A stretch of 64,000 bases of DNA from Azolla caroliniana (taxonomy: Eukaryota; Plantae; Polypodiophyta). Positions 41,253 to 54,381 of the stretch are shown piece by piece; position 1 is the stretch's first letter; the number at the start of each line of letters is the position of its first letter. Made by a program: the position numbers and the translations under genes. The DNA lies in NCBI GenBank assembly GCA_043228905.1, contig JBHGNT010000012.1, positions 868,001 through 932,000 of the forward strand, given 5' to 3'. The notes beneath the pieces were generated by a model. The model saw only the letters and a list, made by a program, of their open reading frames with translations, was not told where the DNA came from and did no database searches.

Positions 41253-41314
41253 GTTACATTTGTCTCCTTGTGGTAATTTTCTACACCTCTAGTAGCATGA
41301 CCTACCCATGTGTG

Positions 41315-42187
41315 ACCGAATTCTTCTTGGGAGAGGAAAAGGTGGGATACACACGCTCCTACACATACCTAGGAGTAACATTTATAGGACCTAGGTTCTC
41401 CTTATAGGAGGCTGCTTGTGCCCGACTTTCTCATGGATATGCAGCCCTTGGTGCTCTTGAGAGACAATGTGCGCATTTGCAGTTCCAAGAGTCACAGACT
41501 AAGCTATGGTTATTTGATACACTTGTCACACCAACTCTTCTCTATGGAGTAGAAACATGGGGATCGAGTCATAACAAGGCAATTCATTGGAAAGATTTAG
41601 AGAGACCTTTAGTGTCAATGATTGCTCGCATGATAAGGAGCAAAGCATTAGTGCCCCACGATATAATCCGGGCAGAGATGGGAGCAGCACCTATAATAAC
41701 CGAGGCATTGTTCCGATCAGTGACATTTATCCAACGTCTTTGGAAGCTCCCTAAACGAAGGTACCCAAGGTTGGCACTTATGTCATCAAGACAACTGGCT
41801 GAAAATGGAGACACTCATTGTTGGTATGCTGAAATGCAGCAATGGTTTGAGTCACATGGCATGAGTATAAATGCACTACCTCCGTTCCAATATAGCGTGG
41901 ATTCTCCCCACCTAAATATGACCCAAGTGGAAAAGAATAGAGTGATCCGAACTGATATTATTAACTTGGAAAACAAGATAACATTGATCAGCCCCAAAAT
42001 ACCACTTGGTAAAAAGGTGGCCCACTATAAGTCGCACTTCTTACATACATCGGAGGATGGATTCGTCATCAGGCCACCTTATATGGACATACATCTATCC
42101 TATGCGCTGCGTAGTGTGATAGGGAAGTTGCGAACTTCATCACATCAGCTACAGATTGAGGTAGGCAGATATACACGACTACCTCTA

Positions 42188-42218
<31 letters not shown>

Positions 42219-43010
42219 TATTAACGTCTTTTAAGAGGCCAAAATGTCCTATAAGACCAAATAAGAGAGAATTTGCCAATTGTGTCATGAAGGAGTGGAA
42301 TTTGAGGAACACTATGTTTGTCATTGTAGTGTCTTTTATGAAATCAGAGGGAGATACCATTGACTCTTTAAACAAGGCTTTGGCCCACTATGCAAGGTAA
42401 TGGACCATGAGGACCAACAATGCCTAGGCCTTTTCTTGCTAGAGCTCAAGAGACATCGGGAAAAGTTGTTGAAGAATACAACCACACAAGCTCATCCACA
42501 AAGAACAATCACAACTTTCTTTAGCCCCATCACTCCTACTAATGCTACAAGTCAATCACGAGATACACAAATGGGCTCCAGACCAGGACATAACAAAGGG
42601 GTTACAATTGATCGGGCAATAGCAATTTTCCGTGCACATAAGCCCTGGCCCCATGGACCACGACCTCGACACCCTTGTCATCGACAGATAAAAGCCATTA
42701 TCTCCCGCCATCGTAGGTGCTTCCCTCGCTTCGGAGACATTTCCATTTTGGATCGACCTATGCTAGAGATCTTTCGAAGAAAAAAGGTACAATAGACCTA
42801 ACTTGAGAATCTCGCATGTGCCCAAAACCAGATTCCCTCGTTTCTTCTCTTTTCATCTTACTTACTTTTATATTTACTGTATAATATTAATTTATTTTGA
42901 TTTGCTCTCAAAGACGAGACAACACTCAAGATGTAATCTCTTATTTGGTCTTATAGGCCATTTTGGCCTCTTAAAAGACGTTAATATATCTTTCTCTTTC
43001 TTTCTTTCTT
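41315..43010 (+). mobile_element. 5'-truncated RTEX/RTE-like LINE with (CTTT)n tail, intronic
   Basis: ORF2 C-terminus: LWLFDTLVTPTLLYGVETWG..LRTSSHQLQIEVGRY..(C/H motif). It ends in CTTT repeats and belongs to the same family as 47085-51700. Confidence 0.88.
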
Positions 43011-43073
43011 TGTATTTCTCTGTGCTGCTAGACAACAACTACCCGTATATACCTAATCGAGATCAACCTCTCA

Positions 43074-43627
43074 GCTCCGATACCATGTTAGAAATATTGT
43101 GAATCGATTAGATAGGTATATAGAGTTACAACCACAGAGATGGATATATGAAAACAAAACTTCTATTACATATGAGAGTAGCTCACAATGGTAGTTCACC
43201 CATGCGCTCACACCTTAGAGCTTAGATGGGATCTGGACCAACTCACTCCAAAATTAGTGGGGACTGATGATCAATCCAACCACTGTGTAAGAAAGTGGAT
43301 TATATTCTATGTTTGGTCTGAGTATAACATTAAATGTGCAAGTCAGTTGATAGTAGTGGAGATATTCCTTTTCTGTCAACTGACTTGTCATTTAATATGA
43401 CCCAACTCCCTAGATACAGGCTAGTGCTAGATAGTACTTATCTTGAAGTCAATGGCACATACTTCAAGACTAAGTACATCGTAACTTGCACACTATTACC
43501 TATTACCTATTTCGCTCTTTCCTAAGTCCATTGTGTCCTACGCATCTGTAGTTTCCTAGATTAACACCTTATCGACCCATATGGTCGAGTTGCACACTAG
43601 CCGCTCCTCATTTGGGGCGTTATCACA
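43074..43627 (-). mobile_element. LTR (43086-43627) with adjacent tRNA-iMet PBS; internal region lost
   Basis: GCTCCGATACCA (reverse complement TGGTATCGGAGC) abuts TGTTAGAAAT; homologous to 44916-45472. Confidence 0.8.
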
Positions 43628-43649
43628 AAATGTGCACTCTAAGAGCACA

Positions 43650-44910
43650 TATGGGGATAGATTTACAACTTTGGGCTGATCATTGATTATATCCAACACA
43701 TATCTATGCTTTGAGGTGCAGGGTAGATCTATAGAGGATGTATATGCAAAGAACGAGAGTGGGCTGGCGAAAACCAATTTAACAGGGAAGACAGTTGATG
43801 TGTATAGTTGTGAAGTATACAATGACATGCTAGATTTGGATTCTTCTAAACCCCTTGAGGAAGTCATGCAAGGATTATCAAGTCATTGCATATGGCAGCC
43901 AAGAATGCCTTTTCCCACATAACAGGCAATGCACCCAAACTTGGTAAAGTTATACCAAATAGTTGGTATGATAAAGAAATTGTTGTGATATAAGGAGATG
44001 CTTGCAACAGAAAGTAACTCGGGGAATCTGTACATAAATAAGCAAGAGCAACCTTCCAACACCTTGGGAGGAAGAAGAACTCATATCTTCTTCTATATTG
44101 CTTGTTCCTAGGAGAAGAAAGAGTATAAGAGCGTGGAAAATATTTAATGAAAGGAAACCTACGACACAATTGATCTTACCTCAGGTGTGGCATGAATATG
44201 GAAAGGTACTATATGATATCCTCATGCAGCTCTCATGTCCCCACCCACATGGCTCACATGAATCCATGTTGTTTACTCCAAAAAATGAAGGGAATGTCAT
44301 TGATCAATTACAAATTGGGAAGGCTCAAGTTCATGATGGATTGGTAGATGACCACGTAATCTGTGCCCAGGATATCTTGCTCCTATTGCTAGCACACATC
44401 TTTAATAGAGATGTGTATGAAGGTTGCCATTCTTGCTGGACAGAACATACCATTCTGCCAATCTTGAAGAGTGGAGACCCCATGACTGAGCAATAATAAG
44501 ACAATCATGATTGACCATTACTTGGCCAAATGATATCCTACAATCCTACAATCAGAATTTAGTATATGGGCAAAGAGGAATTGCTATAGTTATCTGGATA
44601 GGTAGGATTTCGAAAAGGGTTCACAAATTTGTATCACATATTGAACCCTTATCAAGGTGGGCAAGGCACATAAAAAGAGGATATATTTTTGATTTTTGGA
44701 TTTCTGAAAGGCCTTCAACTTACCGTGTGCTTGTTTTATGCAACAACTAGAAGCCCTTTGTGATCCTGTAGATATGAAATGGGGAATCTATGCCCTGTAT
44801 GAATCCATGTTAGGAAAAGTGGGATCTCCGAAGGGGTTGTCAGAGACTGACTATCATAAGAGTGAAACAAGGATGCTCACCATCATTCACTCTTTAGTCT
44901 CAATATAGAT
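43650..44910 (+). mobile_element. Older, decayed RTEX-like LINE ORF2 fragment
   Basis: YLCFEVQGRSIEDVYAKNES, HTILPILKSGDP and the RT remnant RVKQGC parallel the 47-51 kb element. Confidence 0.75.
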
Positions 44911-44915
44911 GTGGC

Positions 44916-45472
44916 TGTTAGAAATGTTGAGAATCGATTAGATAGGCATATAGAGTTATAATCACAAAGATGTATATATGAAAACAGTTATAATCACAAA
45001 GATGTATATATGAAAACAAACTTTCTCTTACATATGAGAGTAGCTCGCAATGGTAGTCCACCCATGTGCTCACGCATGGGATCTGGATAAGTTGACTACA
45101 AAATAAGTGGGGACAGATAACAGACACAGCCACTGTGTAAGAGATAGAGAGTGGATTATATTCTCTGTTTGGTCTTAGTGTCACATCAAATGTGAAAGTC
45201 AGTTGATAGTAGTGGGGGTATTCGTTTTCTATCAACTGAATTGTCATTTAATATGACCCAGCTCCCTAGATACAAGCGAGTGCTAGATAGTACATCTCAA
45301 CTTGCCCACAGAATATTCTTCTAGGTGACCTGACTAGTCAATCCTATTACCCTACTCCCCTCTTTCCTAAATACATTCTGTCCTACTCATTTATGATTTC
45401 GTGCATTAACAGCTTATTGACCCATATGGTTGGGTTGCACAATAGCTGCTCCTCATTTGAGGTGCTAGCTCA
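44916..45472 (-). mobile_element. Second LTR copy of the same family (solo-like)
   Basis: TGTTAGAAATGTTGAGAATCGATTAGATAGG...CCTCATTTGAGGTGCTAGCTCA parallels 43086-43627. Confidence 0.8.
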
Positions 45473-45760
45473 AATGGCTAAAATTTTCTTTTTCAAAGTT
45501 CTGGTTATTGTATTTAGTTCTCTAAAAGGATTTTGGATGTGTATAACCTATATGAGACAGCGAGGCAAGTGATGATGAGAAATATTTGGAAAGTGAGTGC
45601 AAATATCAAATAGAAAATGTTTATGCTAATTTTATTGTTTGTCCTATTTAAAATAATATTACTCAAAAGATATGAACCATTAAGATTAGATTATTGCTGA
45701 GTCATGCAATGTTCAAGGAGCAGCTATTTTAAGGGTTGTGAATATGAGGTATTTATGTAG

Positions 45761-48700
45761 GTGCTGGATGGCTGTATTTGTGGCTGCAAGATTGTGCATT
45801 AGATGGGCATGGTGTAGAGATTATTGGAGTACTGCTAAAATGTCTAGATCTGATTCAAAAGGATCCTTCAACAATTGTGGCTCCATCTCATGAGCTTCAA
45901 ATAATGTGCGTTCTATACATGATTCGTAGCTTCCTGTCTTTGGTATGTAAAACAAATCATTGTTCTCAATTTATTTTCAGGCTTATGTTTGTACAACTCG
46001 AAGTTCTTTGAGTAGATATTAAAGTACATGTCTAATTTCAAATAAACAGTGTTATCAGATAAGTAGTTGTGTCAGAACTTAAATTCGTCTAGTAACATAG
46101 TTTTATAGCTCAGGTTTTGTTTATAACTCGACCTTATATTGAGTTCTAAAATTTTTAGCAGGACATTTTTGTCCTTGGTTGCACTTGAGTTCTCTTTGTT
46201 ACCATTTTAATGGAATTTATTTGGATGAGGAGAATTGTGTAGTTTGAATTTTAGTGCCATGTCAGAATGAATAGTTTCATAGATAGTTTTTTGGAATTAG
46301 GAATGTAAAAGAAATATGAATTTATTAAGTCTTATAATACAATAAGCTACATAATACCCCCCTGAACAAATATATGATCCCAAATCTTGAGTATTATGTA
46401 CTCATATTTGTTTTAACAAACAGACTTTCGTATGTGATACAACTTATTCTCAATTAATCAATGCGGTGAAAGGACTTATGGGTTGGCCTAATCCAGTTGG
46501 TCACCATGTTATAGAGACATACAATGCCATCAATTTGGAAGGCAAAGCTCCTGGTACGCGTTTCAAATCTTTTGACAATTGTGACATGCAATACAACCTG
46601 AAATAAAGTTATGATATAATAAATCAATCAAACTATTTTAAAAATAAAGGAAATCTAGATATATTATATTGATTGGTTAACTAGTTGTATTGATAGTAGT
46701 TGTGATTATTGTAAGAAAGGGAAGAACCCAAAAACATAACATTTATATAATAAAGGTTACAAGAATACAAGCACTATGGTGCAAAAAAGAATTAAAATCT
46801 CATAAGGTGATCCTAGAGGCATAAGTGAAAATTTTCCATAATGAATAAAATGCCTTGGTTTTTGTGGTTTCCGAATATACATCACTTATAATCCAGTCAA
46901 TGGAATCCTGAAGTTGTTCTTGGATACCATGTAATGTATGCATCATCACTGCCCATGTCCGCATAATAATAATAATAATAATAATGAAGGTAGTCATTTG
47001 TGTAATGGATGTCCTTGGGATGATTCATGACTTTTATGACCCAATTTTAACATGTATACATACAATACACTTAATGAAAAAAGTAAATAAGATGAAAAGA
47101 GATGAGGGAATCTGGTTTTCGGCACATGTGAGATTCTTAAGTTAGATATATTGTATCTTTTGTCTTCGAAAGATCTCTAGCATAGGTTGATCCAGATTGG
47201 AAATGTCTCTGAAGTGAGGGAAGCACCTATGATGACGGGAGATAATGGCCTTTATCTGTTGATGACAATGGTGTTGAGGTCGTGGTCCATGGGGCCGGGG
47301 TCTATGTGCATGACAAATTGTTATCGCCTGATCTATTGTAACCCCTTTGTTATGTTGTGGTCGGGAGCCCATTTGTGTATCCCTTGATTGACTTGTAGCA
47401 TTAGGAGTGATGAGGCTAAAGAACGTTGTGATTGTTCTTTGTGGATGAGTTTGTGTGGCTGTATTCTTTAACAACTTTTCCTGATGTCTCTTGAGCTCTA
47501 GCAAGAAAAATCCTAGGCACCGTTGGTCCTCATATTCTATTACCTTGAGTAGAAGGCCGAAGCCTTGTATAAAGAGGCAATGGTATCTCTCTCTGATTTC
47601 ATAAAAGACACTATAGTGACAAACATAGTGTTCTTCAGATTCCACTCCTTGATGACACAATTGACAAATTCTTTCTTCTAGAGGTGTTTGTGTATATTTG
47701 CCTACCTCAATCTGTAACTGATGTGATGAACTTCGCAGCTGTCCTATCACATTGCACAGCGCATAGGATATATGTATGTCCATGTATGCTGGCTTGATGA
47801 TGAATCCATCCTCCGATGTGTTTTATAGTGGGCCATCTTCATACAAAGTGGTATTTTGGGGCTGATCCATGTTATCTTGTTTTTCAAGTTAATAATATCT
47901 GTTTGGATCACTCTATTCTTTTCCGCTTTGGTCATATTCAGATGGGAACAGTCCAAGCTATATTGGAACGGGGGTAATGCGTCTATACTCATGCCATGTG
48001 ACTTGAACCATTGTTGCGTTTCAGCATACCAACAATGAACGTCTCCATTTTCAGCCAGTTGTCTTGATGACATAAGTGCCAACCTTGGGTACCTTTGCTT
48101 AGGCAACTCCCAAAGTCGTTGGATAAATGTCACTGATCGAAACAATGCCTCGGTGATTATAGGTGCTGCTCCCGTCTCTGCTCGGATTATATCATGGGGC
48201 ACCGATGGTTTGCTCATTATCATGCGAGCAATCATTGACACTAAAGGTCTCTCTAAATCTTTCCAATGATTTGCCTTGTTAAGAGTCACTCCCCATGTTT
48301 CTACTCCATAGAGAAGCGTTGGTGTGACAAGTGTATCAAATAACCACAGCTTAGTTTGTGGCACTTGGAACTGCAAATGTGCACATTGTCTTTCGAGAGC
48401 ACCAAGGGCCGCATATCCATGAGAAAGTTAGGCACAAGCAGCCTCCTGTAAGGAGAACCTAGGCCCTGTAAATGTTACTCCTAGGTATGTGTAGGAGGGT
48501 GTGTATTCCACGTTTTCCTCTCCCAAGAAAAATTTCGGTTCTGATCTTGTTACCCATGTTGAGTGGTGTTAAACACCATCACTTTATTTTTATCCATGTT
48601 TATTGACAAACCTTTGTCCATACAAAATAGTTTTAAGGCATTTAGATGTCTTTGTTGTCCCTTCGGAGAATCAGAAATCAGCACAATATCATCAACATAT

Positions 48701-51700
48701 AGTAATATTTGTATAGCTATACCTGCTGGGCATGCTCCCGAACCCCCGAATCTCTCTATGTAATGTGATACCTCATCTATATAGAGACCGAAGAGAGTGG
48801 GTGATAGTGGGCATCCTTGCTTCACTCTGATGGTGCTAGCCACCGCCTCTAATAAATTCTCGGAAGACCGCACTTTTCTTGACACGGATTCATAGAGTGC
48901 ATAGATTCCCCATTGCATATCTATAGGAACACCAAGGGCTTCTAGCCGCTGCATAAGCCGAGCACGTGGCAGTGTCAAAGGCTTTTCGGAAATCCACAAA
49001 GCAGCAATAAATCCTCTTATTATGGGCTCCGCCCTCCTCAATAACAGCCCAGAGGGTCAATATGTGGTCCAAGGTTGTGAACCCCGTCCGAAAGCCTGCT
49101 TGTCCAGCTGAACGGCAGCCATTCTGCTCTGCCATATACTCAATTCTGATTCTAGAATCAAGCATATAGTTTAGCCAAGTAATGGCCAATCATGACTGTC
49201 CTATAGTTTGTTGGCCTCATGGGGTCTCCATTGTTGAGGATTGGCACAATGGTATGCTGAGTCCATCTAGTAGGGAAACCTTCACACATGGCTCTATTAA
49301 AGATGTGTGCTAGCAATGGGAGCAAGGTGTTGGTTCACACCATACTTATGTTGGTGGTTCACAATGGATTGGAGTCCACTTATTGGGATTGAGAGTGAAT
49401 CAATATATAATATAGACCATAATCAATCAAATCCAACTTCAAGATGATTTACCATACATGTTTGATTAAATCATTCTCGAATGCGAATGCACGTATGATA
49501 CGTATAGTTCATTCTATGTCCACAACAATACACATCAATTGTCTCGCAAGTAAATCGATACTTAGCCAGCCTACTCTCCTTAGCATATACATCCCTTGAA
49601 CATCCATCCTTTACCTCGAAGCATAGATATACATGATCTGCTGCCAAGCCAATAGGTCTACCCGATATAGTGAACTCTTTTATTTTAGGTATGAGAGATG
49701 GAGATCCCATTAGATAATTGACTGTGCTTGCACCTCCTTTTGGGTTCCAACATGTCAAAGCATCCGATCCAGGCCATTGTGACAATCCATTATATATCAC
49801 AAATCCATGCACACTTCCCAAGGCTAGAAAGTGTTTGCCATATTCAGTTACAACACTCATATCTTGAGCTTGTCGCTTTAGACCAACCGCTTCTGCCATA
49901 ACTTCTCCATAAACAGCCTTGTTGATGTGTTGATGTCAAATATAGTTGTTTGTTCATCCTTGGTTCGTGCATTAAAGTCTCCTAATAGTATTATATCCCC
50001 CATAGTAGCAAATTTTATGGTATCATCATATAATGGTAGATATGGTGATTCACCTAGAGGTGCAAACCTTGAGTAGGCAGGTGGAAAGTAGCAAATTGCA
50101 ATATATAGCTCCCTAGGATCCCCTCTTATGATTCGTATCCACATGTAACGTGCATCTACGTCCTTATGGACAACATGCACTCTTATCATGGAGCTCCTTT
50201 TTGTATAACACAGCCACTCCTCCTGAACCTCTAGTGCTTCTTGGTGTCCGCGGTTGGGGACGACATATTGACTCCCATCTATATCCTTGTACATCAGGGA
50301 GTTTGCAACCCATGCACTAGTGGGTCTCTATATACATAGAAATATCTGTGTCTTTGAAGGTGTCTTGAAAATATCCGACATCTGTCTGTAGAGAGCTGTT
50401 GCAATTCCATATAGTCATGCGTAGGGTCTCATAGGCCATATATCATCATGCGATTCTCTTCTTTGCAATAATGACCTTACCATCTCTATATACAACTCAT
50501 TTTCCTTCCTGTCTTGCATCAAGCACTCATGGCATATTTTCTTTGCAGTTTGCCACTTGAGCTGTAGTGAGATCATAAGTATATTTCCTTGCCCTTGAGT
50601 GCCTTTCTTTTAGATAGGAAAGCTTTTCTCTTGTCAATATCCATGAAGCGGATAATAAGGGCTTTAGCTCTAGACTCATCTCTGCCCACCCTCCACGCTG
50701 AAGCAAATGGAATATTTGATGCCCCAATCTTTGTTCCAAGATACCTCGTATCTTCTTGTGGGCTTCCTTTTTCGGCCCAACCAACCACTTGTACATGCAA
50801 CGCACGAGATTTCCTCTTGGTTACTTCTTCTAATGTAGGATTCATCATTTCCATCCTATCCAGTGATGTTCCTGTTTGCTTTTTCACTACCTCTATCCAA
50901 GGAGCATTTGCTTTAATTTCTTTTTGGGCATGCTCAACTTGAACTTTGGCATCTTTGGCCATGTCTGCCCATGTTTGCATTTCCTTAGTGACATTGACTT
51001 TAACTGTAGAGATGCATTTTTCCATTGCTTCTTGTCTTTTTTCTAAATCGACTTGTATAGTTGCTAACTCAACCTTATTTGAGGAAATTGTGTCATGTCA
51101 TCCTTGAGCTCTAAGTTTGATTTCTTGACATGGCTTGTTATGTCTTTCGGCATTTCTTCTAATAACTCAAACTTGAGAGAGGCATACAACTCTGTTTTCT
51201 GTTTCTCTATCTCCTTTTTCACTTCTTCTTTTAGTGCTCTTTCTATATCCTCTATGATAAGATTGATCTGCGTAACAAATTATGTTTTCCATTTTCGACA
51301 TCAAATGGAATGTCAAATGGAGCTTGTGTTTTGGGTGCCTTATGCGCCCTCTTAACGCTATTCGGGCTGCTTCCATCCCGTCCTTTTCGTCTATGGTATC
51401 TTCTTGGGGTCTTCCATGGATCTGGACCCTCTTCGTGTGTGTTGAGATCCATATTTTTATTTTCTGTCCATTCAGACTCCATGGTGTCTTAGGACAGCAG
51501 GTACAGGGTATGAAATGCATAGGGCAGAGCGAACAATATAGATTTCAGGAATTCCTAATCGGCAGAAAACACAGAGGATCAGACTTGGCAGAAAATGCAG
51601 AGAATCAGATTTGGCAGAAAACGTAGAGGATCAGACATTGCAGAAAACGCAGACAAACATGGCCATTGTTCAACACTGAGGATTAGGAGAGAGGGAGAGA

Positions 51701-54381
51701 GAGGTGGCATGCACTTGCAATGGATGTGTTTGTCATGGAATATCTATGGTAGGCCCCATAATATCCCAAGAAAATATATCACAAATTCCGAATCAAGATG
51801 AAAGCTCACACAATAGTCTTGGGCTGATGGTACACGTTCATGCTTTTTTTTCTCTGCTCCAATCCTTGACTCATTACTCAGTTGTTGTCATCATTAGTGT
51901 TAACTCATTGCCACTATTGGAATCAGTCCATGCATGCATAAAGGGGATAATAATGCATCAAAATTCTATTGTGTTAAATATTTACAAAGTAGAAGAAACC
52001 TCATGATTAACGACAAACGCAAAGCAAATGGTAAGGAATTTCACTCTCCTCATGAGCTTCGGCCAGTTTTCCATCTTGCGATAGCTGCATGTGTGTCTCT
52101 TTCCTAGACTCTACTTGTGCAATGTCTACTACTTGAAATTCCAAATGTGTGGGATAAACCACAGAATTAGCCTTGATTACTGTCTACATTGTTGAGTTCT
52201 CCTTCAGTTTTGCATAGTCATACGACCTCTGATCAAAGGTAGGTAGCCATCTTTAAGTTATTGAATGCTCATTTCATTCAATTAAGGGCCGCGTCTCGGG
52301 AGGGTCTGCTACATTACAGTTGAGGTGCTCTCATGTATAGAAATTATGAATGTATTAATTGTTAATGTGTTTACTTGATTCATTTTTAGAACTATGGAAA
52401 GACATGTTTATTTAAGGCATATATTTAATATTGGAAGCTATTGATGCCATCCCTTTCATGGCATTTTGTAATGAGAGTGTTTTCTCATGTCTTTACTTTT
52501 ATGCAGGGTATGCACTTCAACACCGATTCATGGTGAGTGATGTACAATTCATACCTAAAAGAAAAAGAGGTAGTGAAAGTTCAGAAGGCAAAAAGAGCAG
52601 ATCTATTGTTGTGAACATGACTTGTCAAAATGGTGCCCTATTTCAATCACTTCTACAATGTGATAATGCTCGTCAAGCAACACCTGATGAAATTATAGAT
52701 GCAAAGCTTCTCATTAGCCTGTTCATCCTTGAAAATTCAGGAGCTGAGAATATGATTCAAGATGGAAGGAATTCCTGGCTATGGAAACTACCAGCATCTA
52801 TAGTAAAAATACTTTATGATGCTTTACTTGAGGTTATAGAAGATGCAAGCAACTCCAAGCAATTGAAGGATGCAATAGATATCAGGAAAATTCGGATAGG
52901 GGAAATATGGCGAGATCTTGAACAGACTTACATATTAGGCCAGCTCCCGCAACTGGTACCAGAAAGAAAACTACCATCAATAGAATTTCTAACAAAACGG
53001 TTTGTAATTCTGTTCTTCACCATTGTCGTTTATTGTGTTCATTTCTAAATTCATGACATGATTGTTACTTTAGGGTGCAAGATATCAGCTTTGTATTTTT
53101 TACACCAGAGCTAAAATGGAAACCTGTTAGTACAAAGGTAGTAGAAGTTCATGCCCAACCAGGACCGATGCTCGCTCGTTACAGCAAAACAGGTGCAGAG
53201 GATCTACTTATGGATATCATTGCAAAGGAAGAAGAGAATGGAAAAACAGATTCTACTCATTTAGTAAAAGAAGTAGTTCAACTGTTACTAGGAGGTGGGG
53301 ATGGCACATTGCATTACATACTAGCTGGATATGTGAGTTTGACATATTCTGGAAAGCTTGCAGGTAAATGCATATATGATTCTGATACATCGTTATGGGA
53401 TATGCATATCCATGTGTGGTGTGCTATTTCATAGCCAATATCGCTCATCAAGTTAATGGTATTTTTTTAGGTGGTATGAAGATGTTGAATGCTGCTAGTT
53501 CCATTGACATACTCTTTTATCTAATTCCACTAGGACAAAATAATACGTTGCCCACATACATAGCTCAGAGAGACTTGTGGTATGATGCAACTCTCTATCG
53601 GCCACTGATTGATCAACTACCCATGGTACCTCACATTAGTCAATCCAAAGCTGATGAGGCCCAATTTGATATTACATCGACGCCAACTAAACTCCTCACA
53701 CGGCAAATACAAAATTACCTCATTGATGCAGCATGCATTTTGAAATTAAGTATATATAATTGTGAAGGATGGTATCATAATGGAAACCAAAGTTACCATT
53801 GCACAATACCCTTTCTTCTCAGAGCTGAAATGGGAATTCCAGCAGCATCAGTTTCCGAACATAAAGAGATGAACAGTCCCCATCAGGAATCCATGCCACG
53901 AAGGCCACTTGATCCTCTTAATGAGGATTCATTAGCTCAATTTGCATCAGTGTACTCTTTACGAGCAAAAGTAATATTCAAACCTATTGATTGGGAAGGT
54001 AAAGAGGGAGAGGAGAAGGTAAATGTATGCTCTTTCACTGCAATTCAAGCTATTAATGTTCCAAAGCCTTGTGACAGTCGTTTGGGACGTGACCCTCGTA
54101 GTCGTTTTCTCGATGTATGTTTGATGGATGCAACAATGGCAAATAAGATCAAGCATCTTGATGAGATTGTGAATTGGGTTAGTGCTTACAAAGTGACTTG
54201 GGTGATTGTGGAGGCACAAGATACTTCCCAACCTTTTGATGTTCTGCTTGATGGTGAACTTTATGGACCATTTTACCGTGTTCGGCTAAGTTCATGTCCT
54301 CATCCCAGCAATAGGCGTTTTGTACTCAAATTTCCTGTTGCGACATACTGGCCTACGCATATCTCACGCACATCTTTTTAA
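45761..54381 (+). CDS. p101/p84 (PIK3R5/6)-like and PACS C-terminal-like protein with DAG-kinase-type fold; intact 3' exons, about 667 aa
   Basis: Exons 45761-45942, 46424-46553, 52507-52999, 53074-53363 and 53471-54381 join in phase with no stop. Motifs: GWPNPVG..LEGKAPGYALQHR, LLGGGDGT, FYLIPLG, YIAQRDLWY, YLIDAACILKLSIYNCE, IPFLLRAEMG, PFDVLLDGE, LKFPVATY. The coding status is strong; the family call is by eye. Confidence 0.75.
47085..51700 (-). mobile_element. Near full-length but disrupted RTEX-like LINE in an intron (ORF1, APE endonuclease, RT, C-terminal Cys/His)
   Basis: ORF1 WRVGRDESRAKALIIRF..LKGKEIYL; APE LYIAICYFPP..LLGDFNART; RT QAGFR..FVDFRKAFD..KQGCPLSPTLFGLYID..LLYVDD; ICQLCHQGVESEEHYVCH. 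About 26-bp tandem repeats in the 5' UTR (51560-51655) and an unrelated insert near 49330-49520. Confidence 0.92.

Noticed and set aside
43086-45472. Single intact LTR element made of the two similar LTRs
   Set aside because: The PBS lies outside the pair (43074-43085), the interior is LINE sequence, and there is no shared TSD.
45943-45980. Short GT-AG intron after exon 45761-45942
   Set aside because: Only 38 nt, and the following frame soon stops; splicing to 46424 gives an open, motif-bearing frame.
53074-54381. Ordinary plant diacylglycerol or sphingosine kinase
   Set aside because: Has GGDGT/PLG/DGE-like words but lacks the NPxSG motif, C1 domains and the usual accessory-domain text; the collinear pattern fits p101/PACS better.
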